DNA from: a virus | Taxonomy: Duplodnaviria; Heunggongvirae; Uroviricota; Caudoviricetes | Direction: 5' to 3' (one strand) | Length of the DNA: 64,000 nucleotides | IMG/VR virus record: IMGVR_UViG_3300045988_005640 | Shown here: one piece after another, positions 36,242 to 46,053 of the stretch | Numbering within the stretch: the stretch's first letter is position 1 | How the letters are laid out: each line of letters opens with the position of its first letter | Notes under the pieces: model-generated | The model's input: the letters and a program-made list of their open reading frames with translations, nothing else | What the model was told of the DNA's origin: nothing | Databases searched by the model: none | Program-made: the position numbers and the translations under genes

Positions 36242-36442
36242 ATGAAGATGAGAGTAAAAGACAATTTTAAAGTTATTGACCACCGTTTAGTGGAACTCTC
36301 ATCTCTTTCCAATGAGGTAATGATTGAACGTCTTAAGAGAGTTGAATCACGAAGGAAAGAGATTGCAGATGAAATTCATGAACTGGACAAGATTGAAAAT
36401 GGATTGAAGGCAGAACTACAACGAAGAGGTGCTAATGTCTAA
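36242..36442 (+). CDS. Hypothetical coiled-coil protein
   Basis: 66-aa ORF overlapping primase-helicase start. Confidence 0.3.
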   Translation: MKMRVKDNFKVIDHRLVELSSLSNEVMIERLKRVESRRKEIADEIHELDKIENGLKAELQRRGANV

Positions 36443-38420
36443 AGGTCGTAAATTGAAAGAGGCTGGTCAGTTTGTTGGTCATTGTGCATGTCCACGTTGT
36501 GGTTCATCAGATGCTGGTTCAATCTATCATCATGACGATGATTCTTATTCAATGACTTGCTTTAGTTGTAACAAAGGTTTCCCAGAGTGGGATTTTGATA
36601 AAGGGCAAATCGTGAGCACTTATTCTACTGGTTCAGACAATAAAAACCGTACTTTCCGTGGAATGGATTTAGACGATGTAAAAGAAAACCTTGAAGCAAT
36701 GGACTTAAAGGATAGGAAGATTCCTGCAAAAGTCCTTGAACGCTTAGGTATCAAGGTTGACATTGACAGTGACGGTGAAATTGATGCGCACTTCTATCCA
36801 ACTTACAAACGTAATGAAGATGGTAAGCTAGAGCACGTTGGCTACCGTGTACGTCATCGCTATCCAGAAGACCATCCAAAAGAACACCTACGAGGTAAGC
36901 TAAAAGACTTCTCAGGTGGTGTTGGAGACATTAAAGGCGAACTGGCAATGTTCGGTTCATGGATTGCTCCAGAAGGTGGTAACCGTCTATTCATCTGGGA
37001 AGGTGAGATGGAATGTGCGACAGCAATCTATATGACTTCTCTTGCGATTAAGGACAAGTCTCGTCGTAAGAATTACTGTCACGTATCTGTTCCATCGGGT
37101 GCAAACATTAAGTCTATCAAAGACAACTATCAGTACATCACATCATTTGACGAGATTTACTTGTGCTTTGATAACGATGAAGCAGGTGCTAAAGCTACCA
37201 AAGAGGCTGCTGGTATCCTACCTATTGAGAAGGTTCGTTTATTCCAGTATCCAGAAGGTGTAAAAGACCTTAACGAATGGTGGACAAAGTTCTATAAAGA
37301 AAAAGATACAGTTCTGGAAGGATTTAAGCAGCGTATCTACAATGCACCCCGTTACTGCCCTGCTGGTATCAAGAACTTCGCAGATGGTTTTGAGGCAATG
37401 AAGAATCGTGGTCAGATTCCATTGATTCCTTTCCCAGAATCTTTCGGAGATTTGAACAGACTGACTTATGGTGGTTACGGTTTAGGTGAGATTACAACTC
37501 TGGCAGCACCCTCTTCAGTGGGTAAATCTGCATACACTCGTGAAATGATTTATACTGCTTGGAAAGATACCGATTACAATATTGGTGTAATTCCTGTAGA
37601 AGATACCTATGAAGAGTTGATGGAGATGCTCTGTGCAATCCACCTGAGCAAGCAGATTTCTGAGATTCCTTATGACGAACGTGATTGGGATGAATTGAAG
37701 AAGGCACACGCAGAACTGTCTAAAGGTCGTCGTATCCACATCGTTGACCATCAAGGGGCAATTGACCAAGATAACTTGCTGGAATTTGTTGACTATCTTG
37801 TTAACAGTTTAGACTGTAAGATTATTATTCTTGACCCTATTACGTTGGCTCTGTCACGTTCAGATACGGATGAAGAGGAAGTTTTGTCTGAGCTATTGCG
37901 CCGTTGCAAACGCTACCAGTATGCACAGGTAAACGTCTGTCACGTTCGTAAGAGTGCAGGTGGTCAGAAAGCTAACTCCGAAGGTGGAGATATCTCTGAA
38001 GAGGATATAAAAGGTTCTGGTGCGTATTTCCAGATTTCTATGAACAACATTCTGTTAATGCGTAACAAGGTTGACCCAGACCCTGTTAAGAAAAACTTGA
38101 CAAAAATCAAGTTAACTAAATGTCGTCGTCACGGTAAGTCAACAGGTATTGCTGGTCATACTTGGTACAATCCAGATACAGGACGTCTCATTAAAGCCTC
38201 TGGTTGTGGAGTTGACATTGATGGTGCAGCAGAAAATATTCGCCAACAGTTTGGTATTGGTGAAGCTGAAGACCATTACGATGACTCTTTGCCACATTAT
38301 GAGGATGAAGTGTTTGACCGTGAGACTGGTGAAGTCTATACTGAAGAGCAGCGTCAAAGCTCAACGATTCCACCTGTATTAAGTGAGGATGCAGATGACT
38401 GCCCGTTCGAAACTGAGTGA
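36429..38420 (+). CDS. DNA primase-helicase (T7 gp4-like)
   Basis: N-terminal zinc finger CACPRCGSSD...CFSCNKG, central TOPRIM-like region, C-terminal helicase Walker A LAAPSSVGKSAYT; 663 aa. Confidence 0.8.
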   Translation: MLMSKGRKLKEAGQFVGHCACPRCGSSDAGSIYHHDDDSYSMTCFSCNKGFPEWDFDKGQIVSTYSTGSDNKNRTFRGMDLDDVKENLEAMDLKDRKIPAKVLERLGIKVDIDSDGEIDAHFYPTYKRNEDGKLEHVGYRVRHRYPEDHPKEHLRGKLKDFSGGVGDIKGELAMFGSWIAPEGGNRLFIWEGEMECATAIYMTSLAIKDKSRRKNYCHVSVPSGANIKSIKDNYQYITSFDEIYLCFDNDEAGAKATKEAAGILPIEKVRLFQYPEGVKDLNEWWTKFYKEKDTVLEGFKQRIYNAPRYCPAGIKNFADGFEAMKNRGQIPLIPFPESFGDLNRLTYGGYGLGEITTLAAPSSVGKSAYTREMIYTAWKDTDYNIGVIPVEDTYEELMEMLCAIHLSKQISEIPYDERDWDELKKAHAELSKGRRIHIVDHQGAIDQDNLLEFVDYLVNSLDCKIIILDPITLALSRSDTDEEEVLSELLRRCKRYQYAQVNVCHVRKSAGGQKANSEGGDISEEDIKGSGAYFQISMNNILLMRNKVDPDPVKKNLTKIKLTKCRRHGKSTGIAGHTWYNPDTGRLIKASGCGVDIDGAAENIRQQFGIGEAEDHYDDSLPHYEDEVFDRETGEVYTEEQRQSSTIPPVLSEDADDCPFETE

Positions 38421-38676
38421 TAGCTATAAAAGAGAGGGGTTCACACCCTTCTTTGAAGAAAAAAGTTTAAATAAATTTCATGAAGAGTGTTTGACAAAGA
38501 TTGATAGGTTCTATAGAATGCTCCACATGAAATGCGATGGAGAAGTTGAAATAGAACAACAGTTCCATCAAAGTATGATTACAGTCATCATTACACTGCC
38601 TCAGCATAATATTGGTTGGCTGTTTATAATGAAAGAAAATGTGTTTGAATATCAAGTATATCGGAGAATATCATGA
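38395..38676 (+). CDS. Hypothetical protein
   Basis: ORF track 38383 uses GTG; ATG at 38395 follows GAGGA RBS; ATGA-coupled to next small ORF. Confidence 0.3.
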   Translation: MTARSKLSDSYKREGFTPFFEEKSLNKFHEECLTKIDRFYRMLHMKCDGEVEIEQQFHQSMITVIITLPQHNIGWLFIMKENVFEYQVYRRIS

Positions 38677-38822
38677 AACACTCTAAAGCATTTGAAAAAG
38701 TTTTTGGGGATTCCTTAAAAGCCACTGCTGGAAAACCAGCAAAATACTATGAAGAAAAACGTGTAAGAACTGGAAAAACTGCACGTAAAGCAGCTTCTAA
38801 AGATAAGCACAACTTCCAGTAA
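38673..38822 (+). CDS. Small Lys-rich protein (49 aa), not in ORF track
   Basis: ATG preceded by GGAGA RBS; translation MKHSKAFEKVFGDSLKATAGKPAKYYEEKRVRTGKTARKAASKDKHNFQ. Confidence 0.3.
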   Translation: MKHSKAFEKVFGDSLKATAGKPAKYYEEKRVRTGKTARKAASKDKHNFQ

Positions 38823-38829
38823 TTAGTAT

Positions 38830-38858
38830 TTGACAATAGGGTATCAACAAATTAGAAT
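38830..38858 (+). promoter_or_regulatory. Sigma70-like promoter TTGACA-N17-TAGAAT
   Basis: Consensus -35 at 38830-38835, -10 tagaat at 38853-38858, upstream of SSB-like gene. Confidence 0.55.
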
Positions 38859-38894
38859 TGGTACTCTTCATAAATTGAGATAGAGGTTTAAATA

Positions 38895-39752
38895 ATGTCT
38901 AAAGTTGTTAAAATGAAAGCTCCGGTAGAGAAGTACAACGGTACTGAACGTCAAACTCTGCGTTACCTGCTGAAAGATGTCTGGTTTTATTACCTGAACA
39001 CTTCACCACGTCCGGGAAAAGGTAAGTCTATTGATAAGAAATTCCCAGGCAAGGACTGTAACTACAGCGTATCAATTCTGGCAGAAGACGGTAACAAACT
39101 GTTTAAAGAGTTTACTAAGTCTAAGAAAAACCCAGAGGGTTGGGATAAAGTTACCACTGAAGCAGTTGATGCAGACGACTTTGAAGAGAAGTTTGGTTGT
39201 AAACCACCTTTTGAAGCAGACACTTACTACATCTTGAAAGTAAGTCGTGCAGCAGCTTATAAAGATGGTGCTGTATGGACAGCTAAACAGTCATTCCCTG
39301 TAATGCTGATTGAAGAAGTAAACGGTAAACGTGTAGCTGTTAAACAGCCGATGAAGAAAATCAAAGCTCAAGCATCTGATAAGCATGAAGATGATAAGAA
39401 CTATGATGTAATTCATCCAGATATCGCAGTTGGTAACGGTTCTTTTGGTAGTGTGATTCTTTCTACTCACTTCTACACTTTTGAGAACAATGTTCTGACT
39501 AAACCTATTCAGGAACAGTTTATCATTGATACTCTTGTACCTTACACTGGTGGCAACGGTGCTAATGGTGAACCTGAACTGGATGAAGATGAACTGGCTA
39601 TGCTTGGTCTTGATGGTGTCGAAGATAACGGTGAAATCACTGAAGAAGACGCAACAGACCATAAATCTTCGAATGATTCTGATGATGGTGATGATGAAGA
39701 TTTGCCAGACCCAGATGACGAAGAGGATGAAGACTTCGATACAGAAGATTAA
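38895..39752 (+). CDS. Single-stranded DNA-binding protein (T7 gp2.5-like, acidic C-terminal tail)
   Basis: 285 aa; C-terminus DDGDDEDLPDPDDEEDEDFDTED with aromatic residue near the end; position among replication genes. Confidence 0.45.
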   Translation: MSKVVKMKAPVEKYNGTERQTLRYLLKDVWFYYLNTSPRPGKGKSIDKKFPGKDCNYSVSILAEDGNKLFKEFTKSKKNPEGWDKVTTEAVDADDFEEKFGCKPPFEADTYYILKVSRAAAYKDGAVWTAKQSFPVMLIEEVNGKRVAVKQPMKKIKAQASDKHEDDKNYDVIHPDIAVGNGSFGSVILSTHFYTFENNVLTKPIQEQFIIDTLVPYTGGNGANGEPELDEDELAMLGLDGVEDNGEITEEDATDHKSSNDSDDGDDEDLPDPDDEEDEDFDTED

Positions 39753-39768
39753 TCTCTAAAGTTACTTT

Positions 39769-39797
39769 AAAGCCCTGTACTCCGTATGGGGCTTTTT
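39769..39797 (+). terminator. Putative intrinsic terminator
   Basis: Stem aaagccct/ggggcttt with 11-nt loop, then ttttt. Confidence 0.5.
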
Positions 39798-39813
39798 CAT
39801 ATGGAGAGCCATA

Positions 39814-40860
39814 ATGGAGAAGTACACATTAACAAAACTTCCCGATTCAGTTACACATGTTTTTATTGACTCTGACAGTATTGCCTATAAAGGTGCTTGT
39901 GTAGTTGAGAAATCAAAATATAAATACGTCAATAAACTCACCGCAGAAGAATCTGAGCCATTTGATAATGCGAAAGATGCTGCAAGATGGTTAGCAGACC
40001 AGAGAATCCTTGTAGAAGAACTTGGCCTGACATTTGATGAAGATGAATGGGAAAGACAGACTTGGAAAGAAGCTAAGAGTGAAAAAGAAGCTATCATGGC
40101 TACTCAACAGGTGCTTCAGGAATGGCTTAAGGTTGTTGGTAAAGAGAGAACTTGGGTAGGCTATTTAACAGAGAAAGGTGTGCATAAACATAAAGACATT
40201 AAAGGTCTTGAGCACCAATATCAAGGTAACCGTAAAGATGCTGTCACACCAACACACTTAGTTGCTTGTCGTGAATACCTTCTGTCAAGACCAGAGTTCA
40301 AACTAATTCTTGATGGATTTGAAGCTGACTCTATCGTAATTGCTAAAGCTGAAAAGATGGGTAAAAAGGCTGCCTTAATGAGTATTGATAAAGACCTTCG
40401 ACAAGCTGAAGGTACTTACTGCATTGATATGACCTATGAAAAATCACCTTTAATTTTTATTGCTGATAACAACGTTGGTGAAATTTGGGATTGCCCAATA
40501 AAATCAACACCAAAAGCTAAGAAGACAGTTGGGGTAGGTTTTAAATTTCTTTGTTATCAAGCTGTGGCTGGTGATAATGCAGATAACTATTTTGGTTTAA
40601 AGGGCGTTGGTAAGGTTGCTGTAATGAAAGCCCTTGAAGGTAAAACTACTTACAAAGAGTGTCTTGATGCAATTTATGAGCTTTATGCTAAGAAAGAGTC
40701 ATACACTTATGTCTCGTGGGATGGTCAAACAATTACCAGAACACCTTTAGAGTTAATGCAGCAACACTTTTTCTTAGCTTATCAGGAAAGAAATAAGAAA
40801 GATGATTTTACTTTTGATAAGTATGGGTGGACACCAAATGTTAACTCAACAAACTCTTAA
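39814..40860 (+). CDS. 5-prime to 3-prime exonuclease / flap endonuclease (FEN family)
   Basis: H3TH-like segment AGDNADNYFGLKGVGKVAVMKAL; N-terminal acidic cluster FIDSDSIAYKG; 348 aa. Confidence 0.55.
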   Translation: MEKYTLTKLPDSVTHVFIDSDSIAYKGACVVEKSKYKYVNKLTAEESEPFDNAKDAARWLADQRILVEELGLTFDEDEWERQTWKEAKSEKEAIMATQQVLQEWLKVVGKERTWVGYLTEKGVHKHKDIKGLEHQYQGNRKDAVTPTHLVACREYLLSRPEFKLILDGFEADSIVIAKAEKMGKKAALMSIDKDLRQAEGTYCIDMTYEKSPLIFIADNNVGEIWDCPIKSTPKAKKTVGVGFKFLCYQAVAGDNADNYFGLKGVGKVAVMKALEGKTTYKECLDAIYELYAKKESYTYVSWDGQTITRTPLELMQQHFFLAYQERNKKDDFTFDKYGWTPNVNSTNS

Positions 40861-41329
40861 AGAGTACCTACATTATGACCCCGAAACAGGGGTCTTTACT
40901 TGGATTAAGAAATCTGCTAGACACACAAAAATTGGCTCTGTTGCAGGTACAAACTTAAGAGGGTACACCAGAATTTATTTGTTTGGTAAGGGCTATTATG
41001 CACATACCCTAGCCGTTCTGTATATGGATGGATACCTACCTGAGTGTGTTGACCATAAAAATCATGTAACACTAGACAATCGCTGGGTAAATCTTAGGGC
41101 ATGTACGTTATCAGAGAACCAATGTAATAGGTTGCTCAATAAGAACAATAAATCAGGTGTTAAAGGTGTGTACTACAAAAAACAGTATGGTAAGTGGTCT
41201 ACACAGATAACTTTTAAGAAGAGGGTCTACTTCTTCGGCAACTATGACACTATTGATGAAGCAGCAGAGGTTGTAAATAGGGAACGTCAACGTTTACACA
41301 AAGAGTTTGCTAATAAAGGTGATGAATGA
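40838..41329 (+). CDS. HNH homing endonuclease with AP2-like DNA-binding domain
   Basis: HNH_3-type motif VDHKNHVTLDNRWVNLRACTLSENQCN followed by AP2-like SGVKGVYYKKQYGKWSTQITF; ATG at 40838 preferred (ORF track 40802). Confidence 0.6.
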   Translation: MLTQQTLKEYLHYDPETGVFTWIKKSARHTKIGSVAGTNLRGYTRIYLFGKGYYAHTLAVLYMDGYLPECVDHKNHVTLDNRWVNLRACTLSENQCNRLLNKNNKSGVKGVYYKKQYGKWSTQITFKKRVYFFGNYDTIDEAAEVVNRERQRLHKEFANKGDE

Positions 41330-41826
41330 GAAAAATAAAAGGTTTTGGCAATTGCCCTGAATATGGACATTGGGTTTCACTATGTGGTGAAGTTGACCCA
41401 GCAAAGCACTTTGGTTTTGTCTACCTAGTGTACTGCAAAAAGACTGGACAGTACTATTTGGGTAAGAAACAGCTTAACAGTGTGACAAAAAGAAAAGTTG
41501 CTGGGAAGACTCGGAAGAAGGTAGTCACTAAGGAGAGTGATTGGATGACTTACGAAACCTCTTCTGAGTATATTAAAAAAGATATTGAAAGCTTTGGAAA
41601 AGAATCTTTTGATTTTTACATTATTCAAACCTACTACACAAAAGGTGGTCTAGTCTATGGTGAAGCAAACCTTCAACATAAATTCGATGTAATGACAAAA
41701 AGGATTGACTCGAAGCTCAGGCTCTTCTACAATGCCAATATTGCAGCAATTAAGTTTATTACTAAAGAAACTTATGAAGATGCTGAAAAAAGAATCCATA
41801 AGGTAATGAAAGCAAATTATGCTTGA
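41326..41826 (+). CDS. GIY-YIG homing endonuclease
   Basis: N-terminal FGFVYLVYCKKTGQYYLGKK (GIY...YIG-type motif); ATGA overlap with upstream HNH gene. Confidence 0.5.
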   Translation: MRKIKGFGNCPEYGHWVSLCGEVDPAKHFGFVYLVYCKKTGQYYLGKKQLNSVTKRKVAGKTRKKVVTKESDWMTYETSSEYIKKDIESFGKESFDFYIIQTYYTKGGLVYGEANLQHKFDVMTKRIDSKLRLFYNANIAAIKFITKETYEDAEKRIHKVMKANYA

Positions 41827-41832
41827 TAACTA

Positions 41833-42096
41833 TTGAGAGAGAATAAAATGTTTAACAAAAGCAAAGCTGTGAGTCATGTAGCAAAAGTTGACAGCAAGAT
41901 TGAAGAACTTGAGCGCATTCTTGCAAATGCTAGAGAGTCAATAATTAAAGAAGTTGAAGCTGTTGAATCTCAAATGCAACACCTAATGCTTAAACGTCAA
42001 GAGCTACGTGAGCATCTAGAATATATCGAAACACGAGAGCTAAAGGTTAACAGATATTTTAAGGAGCCAAAATGTTTAACTCAAGAGAATCAGTAA
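41833..42096 (+). CDS. Hypothetical coiled-coil protein
   Basis: 87-aa ORF. Confidence 0.3.
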   Translation: MRENKMFNKSKAVSHVAKVDSKIEELERILANARESIIKEVEAVESQMQHLMLKRQELREHLEYIETRELKVNRYFKEPKCLTQENQ

Positions 42097-42827
42097 AAAA
42101 CTGGAACCTTCGTTGTGGAAACACTCAAAAGCAACCTTACAGTAATGAGTATTGGGAATCTTTAAAATCTCAATCTCTGTGTATGCTTGAAGAAGCAAAA
42201 GAGCTTGTAAAAGCAATTGAAGAGAAAGACCCCATTGAGACACTGGATGCTCAGGCAGATTTACAATATGTTCTTGACGGTTTGATTTACCTGTCACAAC
42301 ATGACCATAACGGTGCTATGGAAGCTGTTTGCCATAATAATGACCTGAAGTACACAGATGACTATGAAGAAGCTTTAAAACGTCTTGCAGACATTGAAAA
42401 GCGTACTGGTCAAGAGTGTATTATTCGAATGTCAGTGGTTGATGGTAAAGAGTGGTATGCGATTGTCCGTGCAGCCGATGGGAAGATTATGAAGCAATCA
42501 AATCTCCCTAAAGTACAGCTTGGTGAATACATTGTAGAGCTTGAAAGCCAAGAACTTTTTGTGGTAGTATCTGAGACATGCGTTATCTGCAAAGGTATTG
42601 TAGGTAGCTTAAAGGATTTGGGTGTAGATGGTTTTGTAGAAGTTAATCCAATTACCTCTAAAGCAGATAAAGACTTCTGTAAAGAGAATGGACTATGGAT
42701 TGCAGATATTGTCTACTATGATGGTGAGCAGTTCCATGTAACCTCATACCCGAAACTGAATTATGATGCTAATAACCTGAAGTGCTGGTTAAAAGGGGTT
42801 GGTTATAATGGATTCACAGAACATTAA
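42072..42827 (+). CDS. Hypothetical protein with possible MazG-like all-alpha NTP pyrophosphatase segment
   Basis: Segment LEEAKELVKAIEE...DAQADLQYVLDGLIYL resembles EExxE...D metal-binding helix pattern of MazG-like enzymes; weak. Confidence 0.3.
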   Translation: MFNSRESVKNWNLRCGNTQKQPYSNEYWESLKSQSLCMLEEAKELVKAIEEKDPIETLDAQADLQYVLDGLIYLSQHDHNGAMEAVCHNNDLKYTDDYEEALKRLADIEKRTGQECIIRMSVVDGKEWYAIVRAADGKIMKQSNLPKVQLGEYIVELESQELFVVVSETCVICKGIVGSLKDLGVDGFVEVNPITSKADKDFCKENGLWIADIVYYDGEQFHVTSYPKLNYDANNLKCWLKGVGYNGFTEH

Positions 42828-43131
42828 TAAAGAGGGTGTGGCTCAGAAGAGCCACTTCTCAAACTACAATATTTCTATGACGGTGTTTATGAATGACCCG
42901 TTACTTGAAAAGTATGGTGAGACTCCAGATACACTTCTGGATAATGAACAAGTTTTAAAAGCAGTCCTGTACAAATACGGGATTGACATTGAGAAAGAGT
43001 ATTCTTTTGAAATCTGCCAACACAGGAATACTTTTGGTAAAGTTGTGATGGCTCCACTTTTTATGGGTGTAGAAAGGACTGACTACGGTTGGTTATATCT
43101 AAAAAGAAACTTGGAGAAATACCGTGTTTAA
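42799..43131 (+). CDS. Hypothetical protein
   Basis: 110-aa ORF. Confidence 0.3.
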   Translation: MVIMDSQNINKEGVAQKSHFSNYNISMTVFMNDPLLEKYGETPDTLLDNEQVLKAVLYKYGIDIEKEYSFEICQHRNTFGKVVMAPLFMGVERTDYGWLYLKRNLEKYRV

Positions 43132-43459
43132 AGCAAAGAAGTTAGATTACGATGCCATTATCTCTGGTGCTAAATTAGGTGTTGACAGTCTCGGACGGGA
43201 CGTTAAACACGGAGACACAGTTATGTACTGTGATGACCGAAGAGGAAGAAGTGCAATCTTGTTTGGAAAAGTTGTATGTAAAATACGCGGTAATTATGTT
43301 GTTTCAGATATGGATGGCAACGTCGCACAAAAGCTCAAAATAATCATGGATAGCAAGACTCCATCATGGCTCTTAAATTGTATGCACGCTTCGTCTATCA
43401 CAAAAGTAAGTGATAAGTTTTACGATATGTGGCAGAATGAGCAAATTTTCAAGATTTAA
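43124..43459 (+). CDS. Hypothetical protein
   Basis: 111-aa ORF. Confidence 0.3.
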   Translation: MFKAKKLDYDAIISGAKLGVDSLGRDVKHGDTVMYCDDRRGRSAILFGKVVCKIRGNYVVSDMDGNVAQKLKIIMDSKTPSWLLNCMHASSITKVSDKFYDMWQNEQIFKI

Positions 43460-43463
43460 ACTA

Positions 43464-43488
43464 GGGAGCCTCTTCGGAGGCTCTTTTC
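43464..43488 (+). terminator. Intrinsic terminator with UUCG tetraloop
   Basis: gagcctc-ttcg-gaggctc followed by tttt. Confidence 0.65.
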
Positions 43489-43505
43489 ATCTGTAGGATT
43501 CGAAA

Positions 43506-45740
43506 ATGATTAAGACAATTAAAAAATCAAATGGTACAGTAGTAAGCTTTGACCCAGAAAGACTGAATAAGTGGGCATCATGGGCAGATAAACGTGGAAT
43601 TATCTGGTCAGAAGTCACTATGGAAGCTATGAAACGTGTCTATGAAGGTTGCACTACAAAAGAGATGCACCAAGCCATGATTGATGTTTGTGTTGATAAA
43701 CAAACGCAAGAGTACTCAGATATGGCTGGACGGCTACTTCTGGGGATTATCTACAAAGAAGCCTTTGGAGGCTTTACTAAGGTTCCTACACTGATTACCT
43801 TCGTTAAAAATATGGAGAGGGCAGGACTTTGGGAGAAGATGGATTATTCACAGGAAGAACTTGAATACCTGCAAGGTTACATCGTACACTCAAAAGATAT
43901 CTCTTACGGCTATGCGGTCTTGAAACAGTTCAGAGACAAGTATGGTATCCGTGATATTAAAACGGGAAGACTTTTTGAGTCACCACAATTTATGTTTATG
44001 GGTATGGCTATGAAAGCCTTTGAGAAGCAACCAAAGCACCGTAGACTGCAAGATGTTATCAAGCTGTACACTTACCTATCTGACCTGAAGATTAACGCTC
44101 CTACACCTTATTTAAACGGTTTAAGAGCAACTAAATCAGGTTATGCGTCATGCTGCTTGATTAAGGCAAACGATACTGCTGAATCACTTGGTATTGCTGC
44201 AAAGGTTGCTTATGATATGACTACAAAGCAAGCTGGTATTGGTATGCTGATGGAGACACGTACTATTGGTGATGGTATCCGTCAAAATACTATTGAGCAC
44301 ATGGGTAAGCTACCTTATTACAAGCTTGTACGTTCATCTGTAGAGGCAAATAAACAGAAGAGTCGTGGTGGTTCAGCTAATAACTTCTACACTGCTCTAG
44401 ACCCGCAGATTGAAGATTTACTGCGTTTGAAGCACCCTACAACGGTTCCTTCTAAACGTATTAATGAGATGGACTACTCATTCGGCACAAACGATTATTT
44501 CTGGCAGTGTGTTCAGTATGATACAGATTGGTTGCTATTCTCTTACAAAGATGCACCAAAACTCTATGACATGTTCTACACAGCATCTGCTGATGAGTTT
44601 GCTATGGCAGTTGGTCACGCAGTACATTCAGGAGTTAAGCACAGACGAGTCAAGGCTCGTGAAATTGCTAAGCTGTTTATTCAACAGCGTTATGCTACAG
44701 GTCGTGTGTATCCATTCTTCACTAACAACGCAAACACACATACACCATTTAAAGAGCCTTTGAAGATGTCAAATCTTTGTATGGAAATTGTGTTGCCAGT
44801 GTACGGCTTTGAGAAAGAGACAGACCTTTACAGAGATGATGCTGTGAAAGAGGATGGTGAGGTAGCTCTTTGCTTCCTAGCTAGTTTGGTTGCAGGGAGA
44901 ATTTCAGAAGATGAATACGCTGACGTTGCTTATTATGCTCTTGCAATGGTTGACTCCGTTATTGACCTTATGGATTATCCGTATCCGTCGATGCGTAACC
45001 ATGTTCAGAAGCGTCGTTCTGTTGGTATTGGCCTTACAAATGTGGCTCATTACCTTGCGAAGAACTACGTGAACTACTCTTCACGAGCAGGTAAAACGAA
45101 ACTTCATGAACTGGCAGAGATGCACTCTTACTATCTGCATGAAGCCTCTCTGAGACTTGCTAAAGAGCGTGGCGTTCCAGAGTACATGAAGTTCACTAAG
45201 TATCCTGAAGGCTGGGTTCCTCCAAAGACAGCTAACAAGAAGATTGATGAAAAGCATGATGCAAAACTACGATATGATTGGGATGACTTAGCACAACGTA
45301 TCAAAGAAAATGGTGGAATCCGAAACTCTGTATTAGAAGCTTACATGCCTAATGAGAGTTCTTCACTAGCAACTAATACGACAAATGGCTTGTACCCAAT
45401 TCGTGACTTTATTTTAACTAAAAAGTCTGCAACTGGTAACGTGCTGTTTATTGTTCCAGATTATGAAGAGTTGAAGTATGTATATGAAATTGCTTGGGGT
45501 ATTGACACCTTTGACCTGATTGATTGTTATGCAATTGTTCAAAAGTTCACTGGTCAAGCTATCTCTTCAGATTTCTATGTTGACTATGCAAAGTCTAAGA
45601 AGGTATCATTGGCTCAAGCTTTGAAGTACATGATTTATGCTAACTCGGTAGGTATGAAAACCATGTACTACCTTAACAGTCGCATTGGTGTAGGTAAATC
45701 TGCACTGCAAGATGCTTATTGCGAGGGTTGTGGTGTTTAG
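43506..45740 (+). CDS. nrdA: Ribonucleotide reductase class I alpha subunit
   Basis: 744 aa; N-terminal ATP-cone-like start MIKTIKKSNGTVVSFDPERL; active-site SNLCMEIVLP; C-terminal Tyr-Tyr and Cys pair. Confidence 0.85.
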   Translation: MIKTIKKSNGTVVSFDPERLNKWASWADKRGIIWSEVTMEAMKRVYEGCTTKEMHQAMIDVCVDKQTQEYSDMAGRLLLGIIYKEAFGGFTKVPTLITFVKNMERAGLWEKMDYSQEELEYLQGYIVHSKDISYGYAVLKQFRDKYGIRDIKTGRLFESPQFMFMGMAMKAFEKQPKHRRLQDVIKLYTYLSDLKINAPTPYLNGLRATKSGYASCCLIKANDTAESLGIAAKVAYDMTTKQAGIGMLMETRTIGDGIRQNTIEHMGKLPYYKLVRSSVEANKQKSRGGSANNFYTALDPQIEDLLRLKHPTTVPSKRINEMDYSFGTNDYFWQCVQYDTDWLLFSYKDAPKLYDMFYTASADEFAMAVGHAVHSGVKHRRVKAREIAKLFIQQRYATGRVYPFFTNNANTHTPFKEPLKMSNLCMEIVLPVYGFEKETDLYRDDAVKEDGEVALCFLASLVAGRISEDEYADVAYYALAMVDSVIDLMDYPYPSMRNHVQKRRSVGIGLTNVAHYLAKNYVNYSSRAGKTKLHELAEMHSYYLHEASLRLAKERGVPEYMKFTKYPEGWVPPKTANKKIDEKHDAKLRYDWDDLAQRIKENGGIRNSVLEAYMPNESSSLATNTTNGLYPIRDFILTKKSATGNVLFIVPDYEELKYVYEIAWGIDTFDLIDCYAIVQKFTGQAISSDFYVDYAKSKKVSLAQALKYMIYANSVGMKTMYYLNSRIGVGKSALQDAYCEGCGV

Positions 45741-45795
45741 TTTTAACAACTATGAGGGTCGTAAAAGACCCTCTAAAAATAACTTTGGAGAGACC

Positions 45796-46053
45796 ATGAA
45801 AGATTTAATAGAAAAACATGAGCGACCAATATACTTGCTCTACAAACCCCGCAAAACATTGTACTATGTGAGCAGCACAGGTATCATGATAAAGCAGAAT
45901 GATGACTTATGGGTCACCGGAGCCTCTTACATCTCTACAGCAGATGGTAAAATCTACGCAAGACCTTATGAAATGTTTAACAAAGAAAATTGGGAAGTTT
46001 TAGACAGAAAACAAGCCTTAGAAATGATAAAGAAAGGAGAAATCACGCTATGA
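45796..46053 (+). CDS. Hypothetical protein
   Basis: 85 aa from ATG at 45796 (GGAGAGA RBS); ATGA overlap with nrdB start. Confidence 0.3.
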   Translation: MKDLIEKHERPIYLLYKPRKTLYYVSSTGIMIKQNDDLWVTGASYISTADGKIYARPYEMFNKENWEVLDRKQALEMIKKGEITL

